A stretch of 64,000 bases of DNA from Victivallales bacterium. GTDB taxonomy: Bacteria > Verrucomicrobiota > Lentisphaeria > Victivallales > GWF2-38-69. The stretch spans positions 961,596-1,025,595 of the forward strand of contig OZ245791.1 of NCBI GenBank assembly GCA_965228125.1, written 5' to 3'. How positions within the stretch are numbered: position 1 is the stretch's first letter; each line of letters begins with the position of its first letter. Positions 37,219-45,649 of the stretch are shown here, piece after piece. Under the pieces are notes generated by a model. It did not search any database. It was not told where the DNA came from and saw only the letters and a program-made list of their open reading frames with translations. The position numbers were made by a program, and so were the translations under genes.

Positions 37219-38421
37219 TTAAACTTTCGATAGAATCTCTCTGTAGATTTCCAAGTAGGTTTTTGCAAAGTCTAAACTTTTCGCCTCTACTATCTTGGAA
37301 ATATCATCCATTTCGGGTTTTACTTTATAGTTAGCTTCCCCTTTAGTGCCTGAAATCTTCACCCTAACTTCTCCGTAGGAAGTCGAAACAACTGAAGTTT
37401 TCCTCTCTGAAACTCTTCTGTTTTCTACTCTGTATCTCACTCCGAGAGTAGTAGTGTTCTTCAAAAGATAATCAGAAATTGTATCTGTCAGATCCACCGG
37501 GCATATGATTTGAATAATGTACCCCTGCCGCCCTTTCTTCATTGTTGCTGGAATCACAGCCCAATCCAATATTCCAAGTTTAAATAAAGCGCTTGAAATA
37601 TGGCCTAAAAATTCCCCCGGCATATCGTCAATATTCGTTTCTATTACAGCAATTTTATCACATGAATAGTCTTCAGAGATTTCCTCCAGTATTGAAACTC
37701 TCAATACATTGGCCTGTGTCGGATAACTTCTCGAACCTGCCCCATAGCCGACAGCCACAATTCTACACCCTTCGGGAGCACTCCACCTATTTACAGTCTC
37801 TGCGAGGATTGCCGCTCCGGTCGGTGTAGTTAACTCTCCTTTGACATTTGATGAACTCAACGGAATTCCTTTCAATATTTCGGATGTGGCCGGCGCAGGT
37901 ACTGGCAAAATACCGTGCATTGTGTTTATCGTGCCGCTTCCGGCTGCCGGAGGAGATGAAACAATCTCGTCAACATTCAAGTGGGTTATCAGCAAAGAGG
38001 CGAAAACAATATCCACGATTGAATCAACTGCGCCTACTTCGTGAAAATGTACGTTATTGGTTTCCATTCCATGGATTCTGCTTTCAGCTTCAGCAAGCCT
38101 GAGAAATATTCTCCTTGCAAGATCTTTGGTATTCTGAGGAATTTTCTGTGCTGAATCAATAATCGAAAATATTTCGCCGAGAGAACAGCCATGATGATGC
38201 CCGTGATCATGTAAATCCTCATTGACATTGACATCAAATTTTAAGGCGGTTATACCATTTTTGCTAACTTTGTTTGCGCTGACAGAAAACCCATGGCTGG
38301 CCTTAAGCGACATTATTTTTTCAAAAAACCCCCTGTAATCAGGCATCAAATCAAGAAGCGCCCCGACAAACATGTCTCCTGATATTCCCGAAAAAGGTTC
38401 AATATATAGAATTTTTTTCAA
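37219..38421 (-). CDS. larC: LarC, CTP-dependent nickel-inserting cyclometallase for the NPN cofactor (DUF111)
   Basis: 400 aa from TTG 38421 (GAAGAGGA 9 nt upstream; the track start at 38442 adds 7 codons). KKILYIEPFSGISGDM. His-rich NEDLHDHGHHHGC. EVGAVDSIVDIV. Confidence 0.85.
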   Translation of the reverse strand: MKKILYIEPFSGISGDMFVGALLDLMPDYRGFFEKIMSLKASHGFSVSANKVSKNGITALKFDVNVNEDLHDHGHHHGCSLGEIFSIIDSAQKIPQNTKDLARRIFLRLAEAESRIHGMETNNVHFHEVGAVDSIVDIVFASLLITHLNVDEIVSSPPAAGSGTINTMHGILPVPAPATSEILKGIPLSSSNVKGELTTPTGAAILAETVNRWSAPEGCRIVAVGYGAGSRSYPTQANVLRVSILEEISEDYSCDKIAVIETNIDDMPGEFLGHISSALFKLGILDWAVIPATMKKGRQGYIIQIICPVDLTDTISDYLLKNTTTLGVRYRVENRRVSERKTSVVSTSYGEVRVKISGTKGEANYKVKPEMDDISKIVEAKSLDFAKTYLEIYREILSKV

Positions 38422-38585
38422 ACGATTTAATCCTCTTCTCAAATTTATAAAAAATAAACTTTCTTTCTAATTATACCTTTCACAGTACTTCTGCCTAAGT
38501 TTAAATCAAAAAATTATTAAATTTCGAATTAGCTCATGCTTTGTTTATATTAATTTCCTTCAACAACCTTTACTGATAGGAAAAA

Positions 38586-38614
38586 TTGCACTATCATATT
38601 CAATATTCTATAGT
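38586..38614 (+). promoter_or_regulatory. Sigma-70-like promoter for the peptide permease gene
   Basis: TTGCAC (38586-38591), 17-nt spacer, TATAGT (38609-38614). ATG lies 39 nt downstream. Confidence 0.4.
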
Positions 38615-38652
38615 CTTGCATGTTACAAAAATAAAAAAGGGGGGGATTAAGT

Positions 38653-40110
38653 ATGTCTACTGAACTCGAACATCGTGGGGTGGAAAAGCCGGCAAAACCT
38701 TTCGCTCTGGTTTTCTTCATTGAGATGTGGGAAAGATTTGGCTATTATGGAATGCAGGCACTGATAGTAGTCTTCTTTATTAACCATCTCGGATTCTCTG
38801 ATACTGTAGCAAACATAACCTTTGGTTCTTTTGCTGCAATGGTATACGCATTTATCAGCGTGGGCGGATATATCGGAGACAGAGTACTTGGCACAAAGAG
38901 GACAATGCTGGTTGGCGCAATTGTTTTGGCTATAGGGTATGCCATGTTAGCTTACCATCCGGCAAAAACCATTTATTTTGCATTAGGGACAATCATAGCC
39001 GGGAATATGATGTTCAAAGCTAACCCCTCAAGTATAGTTTCTAAGCTGTACGCCCCTGGTGATCACAGATTAGACTCTGCTTTCACAATGTATTACATGG
39101 CTATCAACATAGGCTCTTTTATCTCCATGCTTCTTTGCCCCTTCCTTCAGCAGATATACGGATTCGGGCCAGCCTTTCTTGTATGTTCATTTGGCCTGAT
39201 GTTGTCCGTGCTAGGTTATATATTCTTCGGTGGTTCATTGAAAGAAATAGGCTCGAAGCCTGATTTTGAAAAGTTGCCTCTTGTTAAGTTTGCCGGAATT
39301 ATTGTAGGACTGCTTATTGCTGCACTTGCAGCTTCATGGCTTCTAAAACACCTGAATATAACTACAGGACTTCTTGCCTTGGCGCTGGTGGTAACTTTCG
39401 GAATACTTATTAAATTCATAATCACGGCTGAAACTGTAGTGATGAGGAAAAGGTATTTCGTTTGTTTTGTGCTTATTCTGGAAGCTATCGTATTTTTCGT
39501 TCTGTATCAGCAAATGCCTACTTCTCTTAACTTATTTGCTATCAGAAACACAGACCACTTTGTATTGGGAATACATCTCCCAGGGCCTGCGTTCCAGTCA
39601 CTAAACCCATTCTGGATAATAGTTGGAAGCCCTCTTCTTGCATATATGTACAATGCCTTAGGCAAGAGAAAAAAAGACTTCTCAATGCCAGGGAAATTCG
39701 CTTTCGGAATGCTTCTTTGTTCACTGGGATTTTTAACAATTCCTTTCGCATTAAAATTTGTAGTACATGGACAAACTATCGTATCAGGCAACTGGCTCTT
39801 AATCGTTTATGGATTCCAAAGTATCGGAGAACTATTAATATCTGGCCTTGGCCTCTCCATGGTAACTAAATTAGTCCCGCAAAAAGTCATGGGCTTTATG
39901 ATGGGGGCATGGTTCATGTCCTCTGCAGTAGCTATGTCGCTAGGCGGTTTTGTGGCTTCTCTTGCCAGTGTTCCTAAGGGCGATATAGGAGATCCTGCTT
40001 TGTCTATCAATTTGTACTCGAATTTATTCCTTAAACTTGGTGTAGGTGCTTTTATAATATGTATAATTATGTTCATATTTGTACCTAAACTCAAAAATTA
40101 CATGAAATAA
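38653..40110 (+). CDS. Proton-dependent di/tripeptide permease (POT/PTR2 family, DtpA/DtpB-like)
   Basis: 485 aa. FFIEMWERFGYYGMQALIV, GGYIGDRVLGTKR, FKANPSS, MYYMAINIGSF. Collinear with E. coli Dtp proteins as I recall them. Confidence 0.9.
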   Translation: MSTELEHRGVEKPAKPFALVFFIEMWERFGYYGMQALIVVFFINHLGFSDTVANITFGSFAAMVYAFISVGGYIGDRVLGTKRTMLVGAIVLAIGYAMLAYHPAKTIYFALGTIIAGNMMFKANPSSIVSKLYAPGDHRLDSAFTMYYMAINIGSFISMLLCPFLQQIYGFGPAFLVCSFGLMLSVLGYIFFGGSLKEIGSKPDFEKLPLVKFAGIIVGLLIAALAASWLLKHLNITTGLLALALVVTFGILIKFIITAETVVMRKRYFVCFVLILEAIVFFVLYQQMPTSLNLFAIRNTDHFVLGIHLPGPAFQSLNPFWIIVGSPLLAYMYNALGKRKKDFSMPGKFAFGMLLCSLGFLTIPFALKFVVHGQTIVSGNWLLIVYGFQSIGELLISGLGLSMVTKLVPQKVMGFMMGAWFMSSAVAMSLGGFVASLASVPKGDIGDPALSINLYSNLFLKLGVGAFIICIIMFIFVPKLKNYMK

Positions 40111-40127
40111 GCAGGCATCAAGGAAAA

Positions 40128-41570
40128 ATGGAGGATTTCGAAACTTACAAAAGCCCTTTGTCAGGCCGCTATGCTAGCAAGGAAATGAGCCATAATTGGT
40201 CTCCGCAAAGGAAACACAGTTTATGGCGAAAACTGTGGCTTGAATTAGCCAAAGCTGAAAAGTCGCTTGGGCTGGATATTTCTGACGGGCAGATTAAAGA
40301 AATGGAAGCCCACCAGAAGGATATAGATTTCAAAAGAGTTTCAGAACTCGAAAAGAATCTTCGACACGATGTAATGAGCCACATTCATCATTTTGGAGAG
40401 CTTTGCCCTAATGCAATGCCTATTATCCATTTAGGAGCTACAAGCTGTTTTGTCACCGATAACTCAGAGTTAATACAACTCAAAGAAGGAATGCTGATAA
40501 TTCAGAAAAAGCTCCTTAATCTTATAAAGAAATTTTCAGAAAAGGCTGAAGAATTCGCAGAGCTTCCAACGCTTGGATTTACTCATTTCCAACCCGCCCA
40601 ACCTACTACTGTAGGCAAAAGGTTAAGTCTTTATCTGCAGGATCTGCTATTTGATTTTAACAGGCTTGAATATGAACTTGAAAATCTGCCTTTTAGAGGA
40701 GTAAAAGGAACCACCGGCACTCAGGCAAGCTTCATGGCACTCTTCAAAAAAGATTCAGAAAAAGTGGCCAAACTTGACTTGATGGTGGCAAATCAAATGG
40801 GCTTTAAAAAGTCTATTTCCGTCAGTAGCCAAACATATACAAGAAAAATTGACTATTACATACTTACCGTTCTTTCAGGAATAGCTCAATCCGCCTACAA
40901 ATTTGCTTCCGACTTAAGACTTTTATCCCATATGGGTGAAATAGAAGAACCTTTTGAAAGTTCACAGATAGGTTCAAGTGCAATGGCTTATAAAAAAAAT
41001 CCCATGAGGAGCGAAAGAATATGCTCTCTTGCCAGGTTTGTCATTTCCTTGCCAGACAATACAGCAAACACTCATTCCAACCAGTGGTTTGAAAGAACCC
41101 TTGACGACTCGGCAAACCGCAGGATTGTCCTTCCGGAAGCTTTTCTAAGCATTGATGTCATATTATCTATCCTTTACAATATCATAAGCAACTTGAAAGT
41201 CTGGCCAAAAGTTATTAAAAAAAACCTTCTTAAAGAAATGCCTTTCATGGCTACAGAAAATATTATGATGGCTGCTGTTAAAGCCGGCGGAAACAGACAG
41301 GAACTCCATGAAGCTATAAGAACGCATTCCCATGCCACGATCAAAGAGATTAAAGAAGCAGGAATGAATAACAATCTCCTTGAGAAGTTGAAGAAAGACA
41401 AACTTTTTGCCCAAGTCGCAAATGATATTGATAAGATAGCAAACCCTGACGATTTCATAGGCAGAGCGCCTGAACAGGTCAGGGAATTTATCCTAAATAA
41501 CATTTCGCCGCTCTTGAAAAAATACTCTCACATGATTGATTCCGGCGTATTTGAAACAGTATCTGTATAA
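40128..41570 (+). CDS. purB: Adenylosuccinate lyase (long, ADSL-like type)
   Basis: 480 aa. SPLSGRYASKEM start, fumarate-lyase signature GSSAMAYKKNP. Confidence 0.92.
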   Translation: MEDFETYKSPLSGRYASKEMSHNWSPQRKHSLWRKLWLELAKAEKSLGLDISDGQIKEMEAHQKDIDFKRVSELEKNLRHDVMSHIHHFGELCPNAMPIIHLGATSCFVTDNSELIQLKEGMLIIQKKLLNLIKKFSEKAEEFAELPTLGFTHFQPAQPTTVGKRLSLYLQDLLFDFNRLEYELENLPFRGVKGTTGTQASFMALFKKDSEKVAKLDLMVANQMGFKKSISVSSQTYTRKIDYYILTVLSGIAQSAYKFASDLRLLSHMGEIEEPFESSQIGSSAMAYKKNPMRSERICSLARFVISLPDNTANTHSNQWFERTLDDSANRRIVLPEAFLSIDVILSILYNIISNLKVWPKVIKKNLLKEMPFMATENIMMAAVKAGGNRQELHEAIRTHSHATIKEIKEAGMNNNLLEKLKKDKLFAQVANDIDKIANPDDFIGRAPEQVREFILNNISPLLKKYSHMIDSGVFETVSV

Positions 41571-41586
41571 CTCAAGGAAGAACATA

Positions 41587-42174
41587 ATGCGTAAAGCCGC
41601 TATAGAACGTAAAACCAAAGAAACCGATATTAAACTAACTATATGCCTTGATGGTACAGGAAAGGCTGAAATCAACACTGGTATGCCTTTCTTTGATCAT
41701 ATGCTTGAACTCTTTGCAAAACATGGTTTTTTCGATTTGGATCTTCAGGTAAAAGGCGATCTTGAAGTCGATTGCCACCATTCTGTGGAAGACATAGGCA
41801 TCGTACTAGGAGAAGGAATAACAAAGGCTATGGGCAGCAAATCCGGAATCAAACGGTACGGTTTCTTTGTTCTTCCTATGGACGAAACTCTGGTTACAGT
41901 GGCGCTGGATCTTTCGGGAAGGCCTTATTTGGTTTACAATTTAGAGCCCAAAAAAGATTCCATATCAAGAATAGATACAAGGCTTTTTCATGAATTTTTT
42001 CAGGCTCTGTCGGTCAAAGCGGGAATGAATCTTCACATCATTCAACACAGCGGAGAAGATGTTCATCACCTTTTTGAAGCAGTCTTTAAAGCCTTCGCAA
42101 AGGCTCTTGACATTGCTACATCAGAGGATAGCCGCCTTAACGGCGACATAATGTCCACAAAAGGCATGCTTTAA
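41587..42174 (+). CDS. hisB: Imidazoleglycerol-phosphate dehydratase
   Basis: 195 aa from ATG 41587 (AAGGAAG RBS; the track start at 41536 overlaps the purB end). RKTKETDIKLTICLDG, DCHHSVEDIGI, GEDVHH. Confidence 0.93.
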   Translation: MRKAAIERKTKETDIKLTICLDGTGKAEINTGMPFFDHMLELFAKHGFFDLDLQVKGDLEVDCHHSVEDIGIVLGEGITKAMGSKSGIKRYGFFVLPMDETLVTVALDLSGRPYLVYNLEPKKDSISRIDTRLFHEFFQALSVKAGMNLHIIQHSGEDVHHLFEAVFKAFAKALDIATSEDSRLNGDIMSTKGML

Positions 42175-42214
42175 GCTGCTATCAACTATTTTTAACCAAC
42201 AACCTACTACTCTT

Positions 42215-42844
42215 ATGATAGCATTGATAGATTATGGAATGGGAAACCTATCCAGTGTTCGCAAAGCATTTCTTGCCGTCGGAGCAAAAGATATAAAACT
42301 AATATCCACTCCACAGGAGATTGCTAATGCTCAAGCAATAGTCCTTCCCGGTGTCGGAAATTTCGGTGACGGTGCAAAAAATCTTATTGAATCAGGATTG
42401 GATACAGCCATAAAAAATGCCGTATCAGATGGGAAGCCATTCATGGGGATATGTTTGGGTATGCAGCTCCTGATGGATTCGAGCGAGGAAGCCCCAAATG
42501 TTAAAGGCTTGGGAATTATTAAAGGAAAAACAGTTAAGTTCGATAGCACCTTTGAATTAAAAGTTCCCCAGATCGGCTGGAACAGTTTGTCTATCCTGAA
42601 AAACCACACATGTCTTCAGCAAATTAGAGATGAAGAATTTTTCTATTTTGTCCACAGTTACTATGTGGTACCGGAAAACCAATCTTATGTGGCTGGTACG
42701 ACTCAATATGGAATCACGTTCTGCTCCTGCATTGGCAAAAATAATATTTTTGCTACTCAATTTCACCCTGAAAAAAGCCAGGACGCTGGCCTTCAAATCA
42801 TTAGAAACTTTGTCAACTCAATTCAAAATAAGAAATTAAAATGA
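42215..42844 (+). CDS. hisH: Imidazole glycerol phosphate synthase, glutamine amidotransferase subunit
   Basis: 209 aa. IALIDYGMGNLSSV, GICLGMQLL (catalytic Cys), QFHPEKS. Confidence 0.93.
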   Translation: MIALIDYGMGNLSSVRKAFLAVGAKDIKLISTPQEIANAQAIVLPGVGNFGDGAKNLIESGLDTAIKNAVSDGKPFMGICLGMQLLMDSSEEAPNVKGLGIIKGKTVKFDSTFELKVPQIGWNSLSILKNHTCLQQIRDEEFFYFVHSYYVVPENQSYVAGTTQYGITFCSCIGKNNIFATQFHPEKSQDAGLQIIRNFVNSIQNKKLK

Positions 42845-43572
42845 TAATATTTCCTGCCATAGATATAGTCTCAGGTAAATGTGTAAGGCTTTACCAAGGA
42901 GATTATGATAAAAAAACTGTTTATTCAGACTCTCCTGTTGATGTTGCATTAAATTGGGAAAAAGAAGGGGCAACGTTCCTCCACCTGGTAGACTTGGACG
43001 GAGCAAAAGCAGGGAAAATCATTAACATTGATTCAATCAGCGCCATCTGTTCAACTCTTAAAATTCCTTGCGAACTCGGTGGAGGCATCCGAACCTTGGA
43101 AGATGCGCAGTTGGCTTTTGATTCAGGTATATCAAGGGTAATCATAGGAACAGCTGCAATCAAAAATCCAAGCCTTATTGCACAGTTGATTAATAAGTTC
43201 GGCGCCGAAAGAGTCGTCCTAGGAATAGATGCAAAAAACGGAAAAGCAGCCGTCAGCGGATGGATTGAATCTACAGCTAAGGATGCTATAGCCCTTGCTA
43301 AAGATTTTGCCAAGATCGGAGTAATAAGATTTATTTACACGGATATATCCAGAGACGGTGCCCTTTCCGGGCCAAATCTTGATATGACATCGAAATTCTG
43401 CAAAGAACTCGACAAATGTTTTGTCGTAGCTTCCGGAGGCGTAGGCTCAATTGAACATATTAAAGAATTGATCAGAGTTTCCAAGGTCTACTCGAACCTT
43501 GAAGGAGTCATAGTAGGCAAAGCTCTCTATGAGAATAGAATCTCTTTGTCCGAAATATCTCTTTTAATGTAA
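42841..43572 (+). CDS. hisA: ProFAR isomerase
   Basis: 243 aa. MIIFPAIDIVSGKCVRL, LHLVDLDGA, GGGIR. 4-nt overlap with hisH. Confidence 0.9.
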   Translation: MIIFPAIDIVSGKCVRLYQGDYDKKTVYSDSPVDVALNWEKEGATFLHLVDLDGAKAGKIINIDSISAICSTLKIPCELGGGIRTLEDAQLAFDSGISRVIIGTAAIKNPSLIAQLINKFGAERVVLGIDAKNGKAAVSGWIESTAKDAIALAKDFAKIGVIRFIYTDISRDGALSGPNLDMTSKFCKELDKCFVVASGGVGSIEHIKELIRVSKVYSNLEGVIVGKALYENRISLSEISLLM

Positions 43573-43651
43573 TTTCATCTATTGTTCTTTAACTTTCTTT
43601 CCTTATACTCAATGTACAATAAGTTATGATTTTTTAAGGAAAAGGAGCTTA

Positions 43652-44779
43652 ATGCAAAAAAAGATATTAATGACAGGCATAACCGGCTTAGTCGGCAGTG
43701 CATATGCAGTTCAACTTCTGAAGAAGAATGAAAATATCAGGATTGTAGCACTAACAAGAGGCGGCAAAGGCAATAAAAGTGCCGCTGATAAAGTCCGCGA
43801 TACCATTCATGAACAGTGCGCATTCGATTCGATTCCGGGATTCGCATACAAAGCCCTTAAAAGAATAGAGGTGATTGACAGAGATGTATCCTCCACAGTC
43901 AAAGATCCGGCTCTGGAAAGGCTAAAAGATATAGACACACTCTTTCACTGTGCTGCTAATGTCAACTTGGGTAAAGACCCTTTCAACAATGTTTACATTG
44001 GCAATTATACTGGCGCCAAAAACATGGTCGATCTCGCAAAAAAACTAAAAGTCTCCTCTTTCCATCATGTCAGCACGGCTTATGTCGCAGGCAAAGCTGA
44101 AGGAGTAGTTTTAGAAGATACGGGCTTGATCCCAAATAACACTTTCAATAACGCCTACGAAAAAAGCAAATATAGTGCGGAAACTCTGGTCAGAACTTCA
44201 GGGCTACCTTTTTCCGTTTACAGGCCTTCAATTATAGTCGGCAGACTTAAAGACGGCAAAATAAGGAAACCGCTGGCTTTCTATAGAGTACTTGAGTTTT
44301 TTGGAATGTTAAAAAAGCAATACTGTGCTAAGTCTGGTGCTATGCCTGATGAACCAATGGAAATCGAATTAAGAATGGAAACAAAAGGTTCAGATAAGAT
44401 TTATTTTGTTCCTATTGATTATGTTCAGGATACTATTTACGATCTCTCTATGTTACCTGCAAAAAATAAAACCTATCATATTACAGGAAGAGGTCCGGCT
44501 AATATGAAAGATATTGTTACGGCAGTATGTAAGATCCTTAAGATTAAGAAAGGCCTCTCTTTCCATGAAAAGATTGACAAACCTACCGTAAGGGAGAAAA
44601 TGGTTGGAAGATTTATTGGCGATTTGTATCCCTACTTTGCTTCAAACATCACATTCGATGTCAAGAATGTTGAAGAAGCTCTAGGGAAGAAAAGTTTAGA
44701 CTGGAAAATGGATGAAAAGAGGCTTATTACAATAGTTAGGGAATTTTACCTGAACGCTTTCCCTGAAATGATTTCGTAA
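43652..44779 (+). CDS. Extended SDR, thioester-reductase-like (NAD_binding_4 / acyl-CoA or carboxylate reductase R-domain type)
   Basis: 375 aa. MTGITGLVGSAY Rossmann motif, HCAANV, catalytic YEKSKYSAE (YxxxK), RPSIIVG. Confidence 0.7.
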   Translation: MQKKILMTGITGLVGSAYAVQLLKKNENIRIVALTRGGKGNKSAADKVRDTIHEQCAFDSIPGFAYKALKRIEVIDRDVSSTVKDPALERLKDIDTLFHCAANVNLGKDPFNNVYIGNYTGAKNMVDLAKKLKVSSFHHVSTAYVAGKAEGVVLEDTGLIPNNTFNNAYEKSKYSAETLVRTSGLPFSVYRPSIIVGRLKDGKIRKPLAFYRVLEFFGMLKKQYCAKSGAMPDEPMEIELRMETKGSDKIYFVPIDYVQDTIYDLSMLPAKNKTYHITGRGPANMKDIVTAVCKILKIKKGLSFHEKIDKPTVREKMVGRFIGDLYPYFASNITFDVKNVEEALGKKSLDWKMDEKRLITIVREFYLNAFPEMIS

Positions 44780-44816
44780 AAATTTTCTGCCGTTTTCAGA
44801 TAAAAAAAATCAAATA

Positions 44817-45647
44817 ATGGCTCTGAGATTTAAAAAAGAACAGCATGGCCTTATTAGCGAGGCTCTCAGAGCTTATATAAGACACTTAGAATTTATAGAA
44901 TTAGACCGATTAGACTATATCGGTGAATTGAGAAACTTTCTTGGCAAACTCCTTCGTGAAAACGATTGGAGCTATATTTTATGGAATTCTCCAAAGAATG
45001 GTGTTGCCGGAAACTTAAAAATCATTAAGAGTTCATGCACCGAATTCCCAAGAAACAGCAAATGGACTCTTTATCAGAACGGAAAACTCAGGGTTGCTTC
45101 TATTTTTAAATCAAAAGAACTAAATCTTATTGCCCATTTAGTTGAGATTAAAACTATTTCTGAACAAGAAGAAACAACTTTCCGTCTGCTTCTAGGTTTA
45201 AAAAGTAATGAATTTGTTGAAATAGAGACCTCTTCATCAGTTCTAGCTGTTTTAAAAGACCTAGAAGCTATAATCAAAAATCCAGCTTTCGGACGAAGAA
45301 CCACTCCATCGTTGATCATGCTGGACGCTATACAGTTTTATCTTGAGAGTAAAAAACATGACAGTCATACAACTCAGGTACTGCTAAAAGTGAGGGGTCA
45401 GCTTATTGAAGAATCTTACGGGATAAAACCTGATTATATAAAACGCAATGTTATGCCGACAACAGAAAGCGGAGACTCAAACGAAATTAAACTGAAAATC
45501 AGCGAAGACTCGTTAGTCCTTCTTGAGAATATTCTGAGTGAATACTGCAAAATAGTCGAGACATGTTTACCACCCGAAGAAATAAATTACGATAAACTCG
45601 ATAAAGCCAGGAGACTAACCGAAAAATTCAGGCAATCCATCAAATAA
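44817..45647 (+). CDS. Hypothetical protein (no recognised domain)
   Basis: 276 aa ORF filling the gap between the SDR gene and convergent priA. Three helices share an L..A[LI]..Y[IL] pattern. Confidence 0.55.
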   Translation: MALRFKKEQHGLISEALRAYIRHLEFIELDRLDYIGELRNFLGKLLRENDWSYILWNSPKNGVAGNLKIIKSSCTEFPRNSKWTLYQNGKLRVASIFKSKELNLIAHLVEIKTISEQEETTFRLLLGLKSNEFVEIETSSSVLAVLKDLEAIIKNPAFGRRTTPSLIMLDAIQFYLESKKHDSHTTQVLLKVRGQLIEESYGIKPDYIKRNVMPTTESGDSNEIKLKISEDSLVLLENILSEYCKIVETCLPPEEINYDKLDKARRLTEKFRQSIK

Positions 45648-45649
45648 AA

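Noticed and set aside
42841-43651. Absence of hisF after hisB-hisH-hisA (and of hisD/C/G/I/E in the window).
   Set aside because: Dispersed his genes are common and nothing in the sequence suggests decay or pseudogenisation. Noted only as context for the SDR/orphan pair.
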